Assembly (NCBI GenBank): GCA_965215195.1
Contig: CBDCDC010000001.1
Span: 448,001-512,000, forward strand
From: Candidatus Latescibacterota bacterium
GTDB lineage: Bacteria; Latescibacterota; UBA2968; UBA8231
DNA: 64,000 bases
Direction of reading: 5' to 3'
The translations under genes were made by a program, and so were the position numbers. Below the pieces are notes generated by a model that was not told the DNA's origin, ran no database searches, and saw nothing but the letters and a program-made list of their open reading frames with translations. The stretch's first letter is position 1. Each line of letters opens with the position of its first letter. Of this stretch, positions 1-9,488 are shown one piece after another.

Positions 1-52
1 CTACGGTTCCCAGCAAGAAGACCAATGCAGCGAAGCTATAGCGGACGTTCAT
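1..52 (-). CDS. N-terminus of an exported protein, truncated by the window edge
   Basis: ATG at 52 after GAGG; reads MNVRYSFAALVFLLGTV, which resembles a signal peptide. Confidence 0.5.
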   Translation of the reverse strand, partial: MNVRYSFAALVFLLGTV

Positions 53-106
53 TGCGGACCTCTCTGGGGTGAGTAGTGCTCAAGTGGGCGAAGGCTAAAG
101 AAGGGA

Positions 107-1444
107 TCATCTCGGTTCGAGGCGCTCGATGCGTCCTTCTTGGAAATCCACTTCCAGCCAAGGATCGGCCGTGTCGCGGCGGAACTGGTAAAGTTGGGCG
201 CGCATCTGGGCAGCCACCTCCTGCAAGTGGGGGTCGTCGATCCGATTGACGCTTTCGGTAGGATCGGCCTCTAAGTCGTATAGCTCCTCGGGCACCCGCG
301 CGAGAAGATGGCGAGTGGGACGCTGGCCCATAGTGGGAATCGCGTCGCGCCGCACCGCTGTCCAGGTAGTTGAGCGGAATAGATCCGTGGGCAGCAGGGT
401 GGTGAGGCCAGCGGCCAAGTTGCGCACGAATTTGTAGCGCCGGCCGCGCAGCACCCGGTAGGGATTGTAATCGACCACCTCGTGAAAGCAGTGCGAAAAG
501 AACGTGTAATCCCAGTCGGGGACGGACGGATCAGCTAAACCCGGCAGAAGGGAGCGACCCGGCAAGTCCTCGGGGACAGGCACTCCGCACCAGTCGTGCA
601 AGGTGGGGCGAATATCGGTCCAATTGACGAGGGACTGACTGCGGGTGCCGGGGGCGGTGATGCCCGGTGCCCGCAGGATAAAGGGGCAGTGGTGGCCGCT
701 GTCGAAGAAGGACGCCTTGGCCCCGGGGAAGGGCATGGCGTGGTCGGTAGTGCCGATGACCAAGGTCTCGTCGGCCCGGCCCGATTCGTCCAGCGCGTCG
801 AGCAGACAGCCCACGCCAAAGTCGAAGCGGGAGACCGCCTGATAGTACTCGGCGAGATCGGCGCGCACGTCGGGCACATCGGGCAGGTAGGGCGGCACCA
901 CCACGTCGTCGGGGCTATACTGGATTTCGGGCACGTCGGAATAGGGGCGCTCATTGCCAAAGCCCCGACCCACGCGGTGGGGGTCGGTAAATCCCACGTG
1001 CATGTAGAACGGCTGGTCGGGGTGAGCGGCCCAAAAGTCGCGCGCGGCGCCGGCCAATTCAACGCCATTTCTGGCATTGACTTTAGGCTCAAAGTCAAAG
1101 GGGTACACGCTGGGCGGTTCTACGTGCTTTTTGCCAATGCAGGCCGTGGCGTAGCCATGTGCCTTGAGGCTGGAGGGCGTGGAAGTAATGTGGGGGTGCG
1201 TGGAGAAGCCGTGGATGCCGTGGCAGTGGCCGTACTGGCCGTGGGTGTGGCTGTGGTATCCGGTGAGGATGCAGGCGCGGCTGACCGCGCACGAAGGGCT
1301 GGTGCAAAAGGCTTGGTCGAAGGTCGCGCCCTCGCAGGCGAACGCGTCAATGCGGGGTGTGCGGACCGCGCTATTGCCGTAGCAGCCGGCAATGCGGCTC
1401 CAGTCGTCGGCGATGAGGAATAAGACGTTGCGCTGAGCGGTCAT
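107..1444 (-). CDS. Sulfatase (N-sulfoglucosamine sulfohydrolase-like)
   Basis: NVLFLIADD, SPSCAVSRACILTG, IGKKH, GFTDPHR, TTDHAMPFPGAK, PEELYDLEADP; start taken at MTAQ (1444). Confidence 0.9.
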   Translation of the reverse strand: MTAQRNVLFLIADDWSRIAGCYGNSAVRTPRIDAFACEGATFDQAFCTSPSCAVSRACILTGYHSHTHGQYGHCHGIHGFSTHPHITSTPSSLKAHGYATACIGKKHVEPPSVYPFDFEPKVNARNGVELAGAARDFWAAHPDQPFYMHVGFTDPHRVGRGFGNERPYSDVPEIQYSPDDVVVPPYLPDVPDVRADLAEYYQAVSRFDFGVGCLLDALDESGRADETLVIGTTDHAMPFPGAKASFFDSGHHCPFILRAPGITAPGTRSQSLVNWTDIRPTLHDWCGVPVPEDLPGRSLLPGLADPSVPDWDYTFFSHCFHEVVDYNPYRVLRGRRYKFVRNLAAGLTTLLPTDLFRSTTWTAVRRDAIPTMGQRPTRHLLARVPEELYDLEADPTESVNRIDDPHLQEVAAQMRAQLYQFRRDTADPWLEVDFQEGRIERLEPR

Positions 1445-1452
1445 AGGCGCAA

Positions 1453-1869
1453 TCAGGCAGACGCACCCTTGCGCCGCTCGCCGTACGGGATTTCGCACGC
1501 CTCATCAGGGCATTCGACCCTGCCGAACCGATGCCGATTGCGCGCAACGAAGTCGTAGCCAGCGCGCAATAGCTGCTTGAGTCCCGGAATGCGGTACACC
1601 CCGGTGAACAGGTGCCAAGGAGGCAGCCGGCGGTAAATCTGGTACACCGCATCCGCGCCGACATCGACCTGCCCGCTGGCGTGCATGAGGCGCAGGCCGG
1701 TGTTAAAGTCGGAATGGGAGAGGACCGGGAACCGCTCTTCGATGCCGGCCGTTTGGCGCGGCAGGTACTCGAAGCGGCCGTTGCGGTCCAAGCGGCGAAT
1801 GCGGCCGACGCTCCACAGGCAGAAGCGGCATTCGCCATCGTACACGATTGTGGGACGGGTTTCGTTCAT
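1453..1869 (-). CDS. DCC family (DUF393) thiol-disulfide oxidoreductase
   Basis: IVYDGECRFC motif and YDFVARNRHRFG; start at MNETRP. Confidence 0.85.
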   Translation of the reverse strand: MNETRPTIVYDGECRFCLWSVGRIRRLDRNGRFEYLPRQTAGIEERFPVLSHSDFNTGLRLMHASGQVDVGADAVYQIYRRLPPWHLFTGVYRIPGLKQLLRAGYDFVARNRHRFGRVECPDEACEIPYGERRKGASA

Positions 1870-2086
1870 ATTCTCAAGGTTCCCTCTGCATTGCAAGTGC
1901 TTATAATTATACGACAAAAGCAATAACGTCAACATCGACAGCGCAGCGGAAGACCGGCCGCCGTCACGACCAGGCGTTGGAAAAGCTGGTCTTTCTGCCG
2001 GCACTCTGGCCCATCGTGCTGGAACTGACCAACGGCGGATGACCGGGAGCGGGGCCTGCTGGGGGAGTTGGTCGGGCGCACGGCCA

Positions 2087-3175
2087 TCAGAAGTGGTCGG
2101 GTTCCCAGAAGATGACCTCGCGCCGGGGGAACCATTCCTCAAGCCGGCCAGCTTCTCCGCCTTTTAGTGCGATCCCACGGGCGCGGAAGATGGGTTCCAA
2201 GTCGCGGCCAGAGGACTCGCCAAACAGGAGCCGACACAGCAGATCCGCCGGCAGCCGGCGGACCGAATCCGCCGCTTCGGGCACGGCCTTGGCGATCAGG
2301 GAGTCCGGGTCGAGGAGCAGAGCCATCATCGAGCTGTCGCCCGCGAGCCACAGATCGGCCGCAGCGGCCGTGACTAGGGCATCGACAAAGGGGTGGCCGC
2401 AAGGGAGCTCGCCTCGGACCTGCGTCATCCCAGCCGCCGCGCACTCATTGAGCAGGTACTGCACGAGCGCATTGAGGGCCGGGCCGCTCTCGTAGGCGAC
2501 TTCACGCACCTCGGCCCCGTCGTCGCTTTCCCAGTTGATGTACCCGCTAAGCCCGGCCGGGCCACGGACGACGGCCGTGGGCAGTACGCCCCGCACGCGG
2601 GAGGGGGCGTAGTCCCAATACGGGCGCGGACGCAACAGGCTGCCGCTGCGACCGGCGTTGTGGCGTTGGTAGAGCGCCGCTGTCTCCTCCAAGTCGCGGT
2701 TGTCGTCGAAGGGCAGCACCTCAAGGGTGGATCGCCCCGGCTGGGGAGCCCGGTGCAGTTCGGCGTGAAATCCCATGAGCGGCACACAGCACCAGCCAAG
2801 GCGTCGGTAGAAGTGCGCCGGGATTTCCGTGAACAGCAGCCCTAAGTCGTAGTCATCGTCGCGCAGGTACTCGGCCGCGTGTGCCATAAGCCGCGTCGCT
2901 AGGCCACGTCGCCGGTAGTCGGGATGGGTGGTGACGCCGCCGATGCCGCCCATGCGGACGGGCGTGGCGCCGAGGTGGACCCAGCGCTCCCAAATGCGCA
3001 GGGTCGATACAATGCGGCTTCCAACCACCACGACCGGCGTCTGCGACGGATGCCAAGTCGGATCGCCTTCGATGTAGCCTCGGTAGCGCTCGTGGCCCTC
3101 GGGGTTGTGCACGGCGCAGAGCAGGTCAATCAGCTCGTCGCGTTCCGAGTCGCGGATGGGGCGGATGGTATCCAT
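2087..3175 (-). CDS. GNAT family N-acetyltransferase (Eis-like)
   Basis: MGGIGGVTTHPDYRRRGLATRLM acetyl-CoA motif, FYRRLGW. Confidence 0.85.
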   Translation of the reverse strand: MDTIRPIRDSERDELIDLLCAVHNPEGHERYRGYIEGDPTWHPSQTPVVVVGSRIVSTLRIWERWVHLGATPVRMGGIGGVTTHPDYRRRGLATRLMAHAAEYLRDDDYDLGLLFTEIPAHFYRRLGWCCVPLMGFHAELHRAPQPGRSTLEVLPFDDNRDLEETAALYQRHNAGRSGSLLRPRPYWDYAPSRVRGVLPTAVVRGPAGLSGYINWESDDGAEVREVAYESGPALNALVQYLLNECAAAGMTQVRGELPCGHPFVDALVTAAAADLWLAGDSSMMALLLDPDSLIAKAVPEAADSVRRLPADLLCRLLFGESSGRDLEPIFRARGIALKGGEAGRLEEWFPRREVIFWEPDHF

Positions 3176-3198
3176 GGTATCCTCGATACATTAACCAA

Positions 3199-3972
3199 TC
3201 AGCGCAGCCGTCGCCGCCGGATCATCCGCAACACCCAATAGGCACCCAACGCACCGAGCAGGTGCTTGCAAGTATGACCGCTGATGACTCCCCCAACCGC
3301 ATAGAGGGCTTGGTCAAACACCTCGGCGGCTTTCGCGAGCAGGTAAAACAGGGCGGCGCCGTAGAGGTCGGAGCCGCGCGTGTACGGCGACGGCAGCAGG
3401 CGAACCATGAGGGGCACGAACAGAATCGGGTAGGCTTGGGCGACGATGTAATAACGGAGATCGCCGGCCCCGGCCTGCTCGGTATAGTGCCAGTACAACA
3501 CGCTGAAAAGGCCGAAGGCGATCAGCGGTAGCAAGGCGATGATGCCAGTGCGCCGATCTAAGCGCTCGGCGATCGCAGTAGCGAGAAACGCCATGAAGGC
3601 AATGCTCATCGGCAGGCGATCCCACAGAAGCGTTTGGTTGTTAGGGGCTAGGTGGTAGTAAGCGGAGCCGAGGCTGACCAGTGCCACCGCGAGGAACAGG
3701 ATCTGATACGCCAGCGAGTCGGCCGGGCGCACAAACGCCTGCTGCGCGGGGGCTGTGGCGAGGCGGAACGCGACCCTGAATCCCCACAGACCCACCAACA
3801 GAAAGGGCAGGTTGGAGATCGCGTTCAGGCAATGGGGGATGCCGAACAGGGTGCGCTGATCGGCGAACTGGTGATAGGCAGGGTCTTGCGGAATGGGTGG
3901 CTGCAAGAAAATGACCGTCCAGAAGACGACCGTCAGGTAGGCGAGCAGCCGGAGGCAGTGGTCGCGTTTCAT
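3199..3972 (-). CDS. Alkaline ceramidase-like (CREST) membrane protein
   Basis: YHQFADQR, NAISNLPF, GSAYYH, LLWDRLPM, ISGHTCKH; multiple TM segments. Confidence 0.85.
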   Translation of the reverse strand: MKRDHCLRLLAYLTVVFWTVIFLQPPIPQDPAYHQFADQRTLFGIPHCLNAISNLPFLLVGLWGFRVAFRLATAPAQQAFVRPADSLAYQILFLAVALVSLGSAYYHLAPNNQTLLWDRLPMSIAFMAFLATAIAERLDRRTGIIALLPLIAFGLFSVLYWHYTEQAGAGDLRYYIVAQAYPILFVPLMVRLLPSPYTRGSDLYGAALFYLLAKAAEVFDQALYAVGGVISGHTCKHLLGALGAYWVLRMIRRRRLR

Positions 3973-4137
3973 TTGGAATAGACGCCAGTTCTCGCACTCA
4001 TGCTTCCAAGTGAGAGAGTTCCGTCAATGCCATGGGGACCGTTGAAGTCATAAAGGACTCATCCGTCTCGGTGAAGAGCGGATCCAGTACCTGTCGTCGA
4101 TACTCTTGCGCTGCGCTCGAGTCGGCATCCTCGGCGA

Positions 4138-4235
4138 CTAAGCTTTGCACTCGAGTTCCTCCGCGTACTCAAGAGCGGCCCGTATATCCGCGTCGATAAT
4201 GCCATATTCCTCACAGACCTCTGCTGGGCATAGAT
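4138..4235 (-). pseudogene. C-terminal remnant of a DUF433-like antitoxin
   Basis: EVCEEYGIIDADIRAALEYAEELE* resembles the DUF433 C-terminus; no N-terminus or start. Confidence 0.55.
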
Positions 4236-5240
4236 TCAAGCGACGCGGTAGTGCTCGACCACGTCCATATCGACCTTGATCCCCAAGCCCGACCCCGTGG
4301 GCACGGCAAAGTGCCCCTTCTCCAGCACCAACCCCTCGGCCAACACATCGGCCTCCCGCGTAAAGGGCAGTTCGTCGCAGGGCAACGTGGCGTTGGGCAG
4401 CGTCGCTTGTACATGCACCGAGTAGGCCGCCATTACCCCGGTACACAACCCGCCCATCTGGACCCAGCAGGGCACGTCCGCAGCGTCCGCCAGCGCGGCC
4501 GCCTGTCGCACCTGCAGCGCCGAGCCGCTCAAGTTCACGTAGTCGATGCACTCGGCCTTGAGCACCGCCAGCACACCGGACGGCGACCCCAAGTGCAGGG
4601 CGATGGGAATGTGGGTTTTCTCGCGCAGGATGCGGTACCATTCGAGGTTGTTTTTGAGGATGGGATCTTCAAAGACCGACACCGTGCCAAAAGGCTCCAA
4701 TTCGCTCGCCAAGCGCGCACCCGTGGGCAGCAGAGCGAATTCGGTATTGGGATCAACGCCGACCGTGTAGTCGGCCCCCACCGCTTCTTTCATCAGCCGC
4801 ACCGTCTCGACGATATTCCACGAGCGCGCCTTGAGCTTGTGGTTGCTAAAGCCCAGCTCGGCCCCTATTTCCGCCTCGGCCGCGGTCTCTTCCGGCGTCA
4901 TGGGGCACGACCAGTACGACACCGGCACCTTGTCGCGCACCTGCGCCCCTAAGAAGCGGTGCAGGGGGATGCCATAGGCTTGGCCCGCAATGTCGAGCAG
5001 CGCGCAGGTGAAAGCGTCTGGACGGTTGTACGGGTCCAAAGCCAGTGGGTCTTGGCCCACGAGCGCGTCGGCTTGCTCCTGACCGACAGACTTTTTGTCG
5101 ATGAACTCGCCCCAGCCCTCCAAGCCCTCGTCCGTCTGGACGCGGCAGAGGGTGATGTCGTAGATCTTGGGATAGTAGCGGGCGATGGCCGGGATCGGCG
5201 GGATTTCGACTTCGTACAGCTCTACTTGAGTGATTTTCAC
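4236..5240 (-). CDS. Mandelate racemase/muconate lactonizing enzyme family protein
   Basis: GTG start after GAGGAGG; KLK, DPN, FEDP, VPTGSGLGI. Confidence 0.85.
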   Translation of the reverse strand: MKITQVELYEVEIPPIPAIARYYPKIYDITLCRVQTDEGLEGWGEFIDKKSVGQEQADALVGQDPLALDPYNRPDAFTCALLDIAGQAYGIPLHRFLGAQVRDKVPVSYWSCPMTPEETAAEAEIGAELGFSNHKLKARSWNIVETVRLMKEAVGADYTVGVDPNTEFALLPTGARLASELEPFGTVSVFEDPILKNNLEWYRILREKTHIPIALHLGSPSGVLAVLKAECIDYVNLSGSALQVRQAAALADAADVPCWVQMGGLCTGVMAAYSVHVQATLPNATLPCDELPFTREADVLAEGLVLEKGHFAVPTGSGLGIKVDMDVVEHYRVA

Positions 5241-5370
5241 AGTGGACCTCCTCAGTTGCGCGTCGTTTTTTTGCGGGCTACTATGATACCAAATTATCGG
5301 CGCATCACAAAGCACTGAGGACCGCGCCTTTCCTTCGGCAAGACTTCGGCGCGAGCTCAGTCGAACGCTT

Positions 5371-5501
5371 AGAAGCTATCTTAAAACTCGCGTCGGGTCG
5401 CAGGGCTTCTTGGGCTGGAGGGCGTCTCGCCCTCCAGTGCGAGCACCCAAGCCATCAGGGGGCTGCAGAGGACGGTACGAGGGGTTTTGAGACAGCTTCT
5501 C
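5371..5501. mobile_element. MITE-like element with imperfect 19-bp terminal inverted repeats
   Basis: AGAAGCTATCTTAAAACTC (5371-5389) versus GGGTTTTGAGACAGCTTCT (5483-5501); internal hairpin CTGGAGGGCG-TCT-CGCCCTCCAG; no coding capacity. Confidence 0.55.
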
Positions 5502-5544
5502 AGGAACCGTTAGGCGAGACAATCCGAACCGCGAGGAGAATCTT

Positions 5545-7071
5545 ATGGACGACAAGGCCATGACCAACGAGGAAAACTACCGCTTCGACGTGGCGGGGTA
5601 TATGATCGTCCCCGGCGTCCTGACGGTAGCTGAGCTAAAAGCCTGCAATCAGGCACTGGACCAGCTAGCATCCGACGACGGTCCACTGCGCTGGACGGCA
5701 CCCGTTTGCAATCCCCTGCACGCCCTGCGCGAGCATCGAGTGCTAATGCGGTATCTAAAGCAGATTTGCGGCGAAGGGTTCCGGCTCGACGAACCGCCGC
5801 AGCTCGTCGAGTCATGCAGCGAGGCGACGGACCTGTCGGGGGGCGACGAGTGGGTGGATTGGTCGCGGGCGTACCGTCAGTACAACGGGCATCGCTTCTG
5901 CCAGGGGGTGCGGGCCTTCTGGGCGCTGGCGGACGTGGGCGCAAAGGATGGAGGTTTGGTCGTAGTACCAGCCAGCCACAACAGCACAGTGCCGGCCCCG
6001 CAAGACCTAGTGGACGGAACCGACGCTATGGGACTCGTCGAGCAGCCGGTCTTGCAGGCGGGCGATCTCCTGCTCTGCGCCGAGTCCCTGATGCGGGGCT
6101 TGCGGCCTTGGCGGGGCGCGGGGCCGCAGCGCCTGCTCGAATGCGGGTACATCAGCGCCGCCGTGCGGCCGGGGGCGGTATCGGAAATCCGCGGCGAGGA
6201 CAGCGCACTGCCCGAGTGGGCCGACGATCTGACCGAGGTTGAGCGCACCGTTTTGCACAATCCCAATCGCCTGTACCCGCCGCCGGTGGTGCATTCAGAC
6301 GGAGAAAAGGTTTGGCTGGCCGAGGAGCCGGGGGTTTTCCATCCCTCGATCTACATCCGCGACCCGGATTCCGGGATTGACGAGCAGGAATTTTTCCACT
6401 GGGATCTGTGCGGCCACCTCGTTTTGCCGGGGGTGATGGACGAGGAATGGCTGGCAGCGGCCAACGAAGCCATCGACCAAAATCCCGACCGGATCAGCCA
6501 CGGCGGATCGGCTGCCGGCGATTCAAAGCCGCTAGCCGGCACCGGGGTTGGCCGCTCGTCCATGGGCAACCCGTGGGCGTTGCCCGCGCCTTATGGCGAG
6601 CCGTTCCAGCGCATGATCGCCCATCCAGCGCTCGTCCAGCGCCTGAACTGGATCATGGGCAGCGGCTTCGAGTGCATGATGTGCAACGGCTTTCTGTCCG
6701 GGAAAGGGTCGTCCGGGCACTTTCTGCACTCCCCGGCCACGCCAGCCAAGGTGGCGAACCACTACCGACAGCAGAATGGCCGCGTGTACGCCGAATACCT
6801 CAATGTGGCTTGGCAATTGCGCGATGTGACGCGGGCCGACGGAGGGTTTGTCTGCGTGCCCGGCTCGCACAAAACCGCCTATTCCATGCCCGACGGCATT
6901 CGCACCTGCGAAAACGAAATGGGGCTGGTCAAGCACGTAGCGATGAAGGCGGGCGACGTGCTGCTGTTTCTCGCGTCGGCGCAGGCGCACGGGGCTTATC
7001 CATGGACGGGGGAACAGAACCGGCGGATGATCTTTTTTCAGTACCGCTCGCGCAATGTGTACGCGCCTTAA
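5545..7071 (+). CDS. Tandem two-domain phytanoyl-CoA dioxygenase (PhyH) family protein
   Basis: Two repeats: FDVAGYMIVPGVL...DGGLVVVPASH...AGDLLL and WDLCGHLVLPGVM...DGGFVCVPGSHK...KAGDVLLF...HGAYPW; RBS GAGGAG. Confidence 0.85.
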   Translation: MDDKAMTNEENYRFDVAGYMIVPGVLTVAELKACNQALDQLASDDGPLRWTAPVCNPLHALREHRVLMRYLKQICGEGFRLDEPPQLVESCSEATDLSGGDEWVDWSRAYRQYNGHRFCQGVRAFWALADVGAKDGGLVVVPASHNSTVPAPQDLVDGTDAMGLVEQPVLQAGDLLLCAESLMRGLRPWRGAGPQRLLECGYISAAVRPGAVSEIRGEDSALPEWADDLTEVERTVLHNPNRLYPPPVVHSDGEKVWLAEEPGVFHPSIYIRDPDSGIDEQEFFHWDLCGHLVLPGVMDEEWLAAANEAIDQNPDRISHGGSAAGDSKPLAGTGVGRSSMGNPWALPAPYGEPFQRMIAHPALVQRLNWIMGSGFECMMCNGFLSGKGSSGHFLHSPATPAKVANHYRQQNGRVYAEYLNVAWQLRDVTRADGGFVCVPGSHKTAYSMPDGIRTCENEMGLVKHVAMKAGDVLLFLASAQAHGAYPWTGEQNRRMIFFQYRSRNVYAP

Positions 7072-7212
7072 CCAAAGAAGGATTCATGCAGATCAACCTC
7101 ACCGACACCGTCGAGTTCCGCGACTATTTGCACACACTCGCGGAACCCCTAGCGAATTAGGACGTCTTTGACCCGACCACACCACAACCTCTCCCAATCC
7201 AAGGAGCAAATC

Positions 7213-7650
7213 ATGCTGACCCAATGCGTCCTCACCCTCGCCGCCTTGGCCTTTTTACTAGCCCCAACCCCCGCCCTCGCCGGCACCGTCCCAGTGGAAG
7301 GCGAGGGCGACCCGGCCTTGTACGTGATCAAAGTCCACGCCGATTGGTGCGGCTCCTGCACGGCCCTCGTGCCAATCCTCAAAGAAGTCCGAGCCGCAGT
7401 GGCCGATCAGGCCGTCCTCTTCGTCGAATTGGACGTCACCGACTCAACGTTGACATCCCAAGCTCGCCTGCTTGCCGCGGCCCTCGACGTAGAAGACCAC
7501 TTCAAGGCCAACAACAAAACCGGCCTCGTCCTGCTCATCAACCCCCAAGACCACACCCTGCTGGAAACGGTGACCAAGCAAAACTCCGCCGCTGAGATCG
7601 TCGGCAAAATCGAAACCCACCTCGCCGCCGCCGAACCAGCAACCGACTAG
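7213..7650 (+). CDS. Exported thioredoxin-like protein
   Basis: Signal peptide, HADWCGSC motif, RBS AAGGAG. Confidence 0.8.
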   Translation: MLTQCVLTLAALAFLLAPTPALAGTVPVEGEGDPALYVIKVHADWCGSCTALVPILKEVRAAVADQAVLFVELDVTDSTLTSQARLLAAALDVEDHFKANNKTGLVLLINPQDHTLLETVTKQNSAAEIVGKIETHLAAAEPATD

Positions 7651-7676
7651 CTGCAATCGGGACGAGATCGCAGCGC

Positions 7677-7723
7677 AACGCAAAGCCGCCACCAGAACGC
7701 GATCTGGTGGCGGCTTTGCGTTT
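7677..7723. terminator. Intrinsic terminator between convergent genes
   Basis: AACGCAAAGCCGCCACCAGA-loop-TCTGGTGGCGGCTTTGCGTT perfect stem. Confidence 0.75.
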
Positions 7724-7780
7724 GTAGAAAGGACGCAACAAAATGTACCTTCGTCGCGTTGTGTTGGGATTCCGTTTTTC

Positions 7781-8209
7781 CTAACCGCGCAGCTCGTGCT
7801 CGTCCACCAAGGCGCGCAACCGCGCTAAAAACGGGGTGATATCCGGCGGTGGACCAGCCGTGTTGTGGAGGACGATATCCTCACCCGTCGCCGCGTGGAA
7901 CACGGTCGCGGCCGGCGACAGGCTCACCTTTTCGACCTCGGCCCACGCCAAGGTCTGCCGGCCAAACAGGCCCTCCTCAACGGTCACGCCCTCCGCTCCT
8001 AGCCAGACCAAGCGCCGATGGAGGCGGTGGACGAAGAAAGCGGCCGCGCAGAACGCCGCGATCCCGCCGCCGAGCACTGCGAGTCCATAGGCGAAGCCGC
8101 CGCGCTGAAAGGCGATGGTGCTCAACAGCAACTGGCCAAAGCCCAACAGGGCAAAAATTAGACGCTGGCTGGCGCCCGGGCTGGTGGATAGGTCGAACGG
8201 TTCAGCCAT
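7781..8209 (-). CDS. Small membrane protein (2 TM plus bacterial PH-like domain)
   Basis: Two hydrophobic helices, then ...EGVTV...TLAWAEVEKV. Confidence 0.55.
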   Translation of the reverse strand: MAEPFDLSTSPGASQRLIFALLGFGQLLLSTIAFQRGGFAYGLAVLGGGIAAFCAAAFFVHRLHRRLVWLGAEGVTVEEGLFGRQTLAWAEVEKVSLSPAATVFHAATGEDIVLHNTAGPPPDITPFLARLRALVDEHELRG

Positions 8210-8212
8210 GCC

Positions 8213-9373
8213 TCAGCGGGGTACGATCCAGTCCTCGTCTATTTCCATGCCAAAACCCGGCGCGTCCGAAGGGATCAAGCCGCCATCTTGGGGCACGGCC
8301 GTGCCCGGTATAACGGGTACTTCGTCTAGGGGAATGCCCGGGGCCGAGCCGAGCCAGTACTCGGCCAGCGGCGATTCGGGGAAGGCAAAGGCGAAGTGTT
8401 GTCCGTAGGCGGTGTTGGCGCCGCCGTGGGGGATGGTGACAAGGCCGGCGGCCTCGGCGATGTAGTAAATTTTGACGGCTTCGGAGAGGCCGCCGCACCA
8501 CTTGAGGTCCGGTTGCAGCACATCGACGCAGCGGTGCTCCACTAGCTGGCGGAAGGCCTGACGGCCGTGGTGGTCCTCGCCGGTGGCAATGGGCACGTAC
8601 GGAGCGGCCCGCTTGAGCGCGACGTGGCCTTCGAGATCCGTGGGAATCAGCGGTTCCTCAATCCAGCGCATCTGATAGGGCCTGAGCCGCTCGGCAACTT
8701 GGACGGCGTATTCGACGTTGTAGGACATGACCGCGTTGAGCATCAGCTCGCAGTCCGGGCCGATGGTCTCGCGCGCTTGGGCGATTTTGTCTTCGAGGCG
8801 GTTGAGCCCTTCCTGGCCCTCTCGATAGTGGACCGGATTAGTGACCTTGAACGCGCTAAACCCCAATTCGAGGCCCCAGTCGAGGTCGTCGCCGGTGGCA
8901 TAGAGTTCGATGCGGTCGCGGCAGGGGCCGCCGAGCAGGCGGTACACGGGCTGGCCCAGCAGCTTGCCCTTGAGGTCCCAGAGTGCCAAATCGACCCCGC
9001 TTTGGGCAACGGCTGCGCTACCAGCGCGACCGAGGCGCTGAGCGGCGCGCCACATCAGGTCGTTGAGGAATTCCGTGGCCAGACAATCGCGGCCCGTCAG
9101 CAGGGGGGCGAAGACCTGCTCGACGATGGCGGCCACTGGCTCGCCAAAGGAACAGCCGCCCAAACCCCAAGTGCCGTCCTCGGCCGCGATCTGCACCCAT
9201 ACCGGGCCGCCGCCCATGCCCGGCATCTGCCCGGGTAGGCGCGAGAATTCTGGATACTTGTTGATCGGCAACGAGCGCGGCGCACTCTGGTTCCAAGAGG
9301 GGCGGCGGGCGGAGGTTTGCGCGCGGCGCGGCGGAAGATGCAGATCGACGATGCGGATGGATTGGATTTGCAT
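8213..9373 (-). CDS. Enolase-superfamily sugar-acid dehydratase (L-rhamnonate dehydratase-like)
   Basis: SGVDLALWDLKGK, WIEEPL, IATGEDHH, LQPDLKWCGG, IPHGG; start at MQIQ. Confidence 0.85.
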   Translation of the reverse strand: MQIQSIRIVDLHLPPRRAQTSARRPSWNQSAPRSLPINKYPEFSRLPGQMPGMGGGPVWVQIAAEDGTWGLGGCSFGEPVAAIVEQVFAPLLTGRDCLATEFLNDLMWRAAQRLGRAGSAAVAQSGVDLALWDLKGKLLGQPVYRLLGGPCRDRIELYATGDDLDWGLELGFSAFKVTNPVHYREGQEGLNRLEDKIAQARETIGPDCELMLNAVMSYNVEYAVQVAERLRPYQMRWIEEPLIPTDLEGHVALKRAAPYVPIATGEDHHGRQAFRQLVEHRCVDVLQPDLKWCGGLSEAVKIYYIAEAAGLVTIPHGGANTAYGQHFAFAFPESPLAEYWLGSAPGIPLDEVPVIPGTAVPQDGGLIPSDAPGFGMEIDEDWIVPR

Positions 9374-9488
9374 GGTTAACGCTCCAAGTGGCGGATTGCT
9401 CCCAATCGCATGGTGCGGCATGACCGGCTGATCGACAGCGGGCATCCGCGTCGCTGGGGTCGGGCAACGCACACGAAGGCACTTTGGC

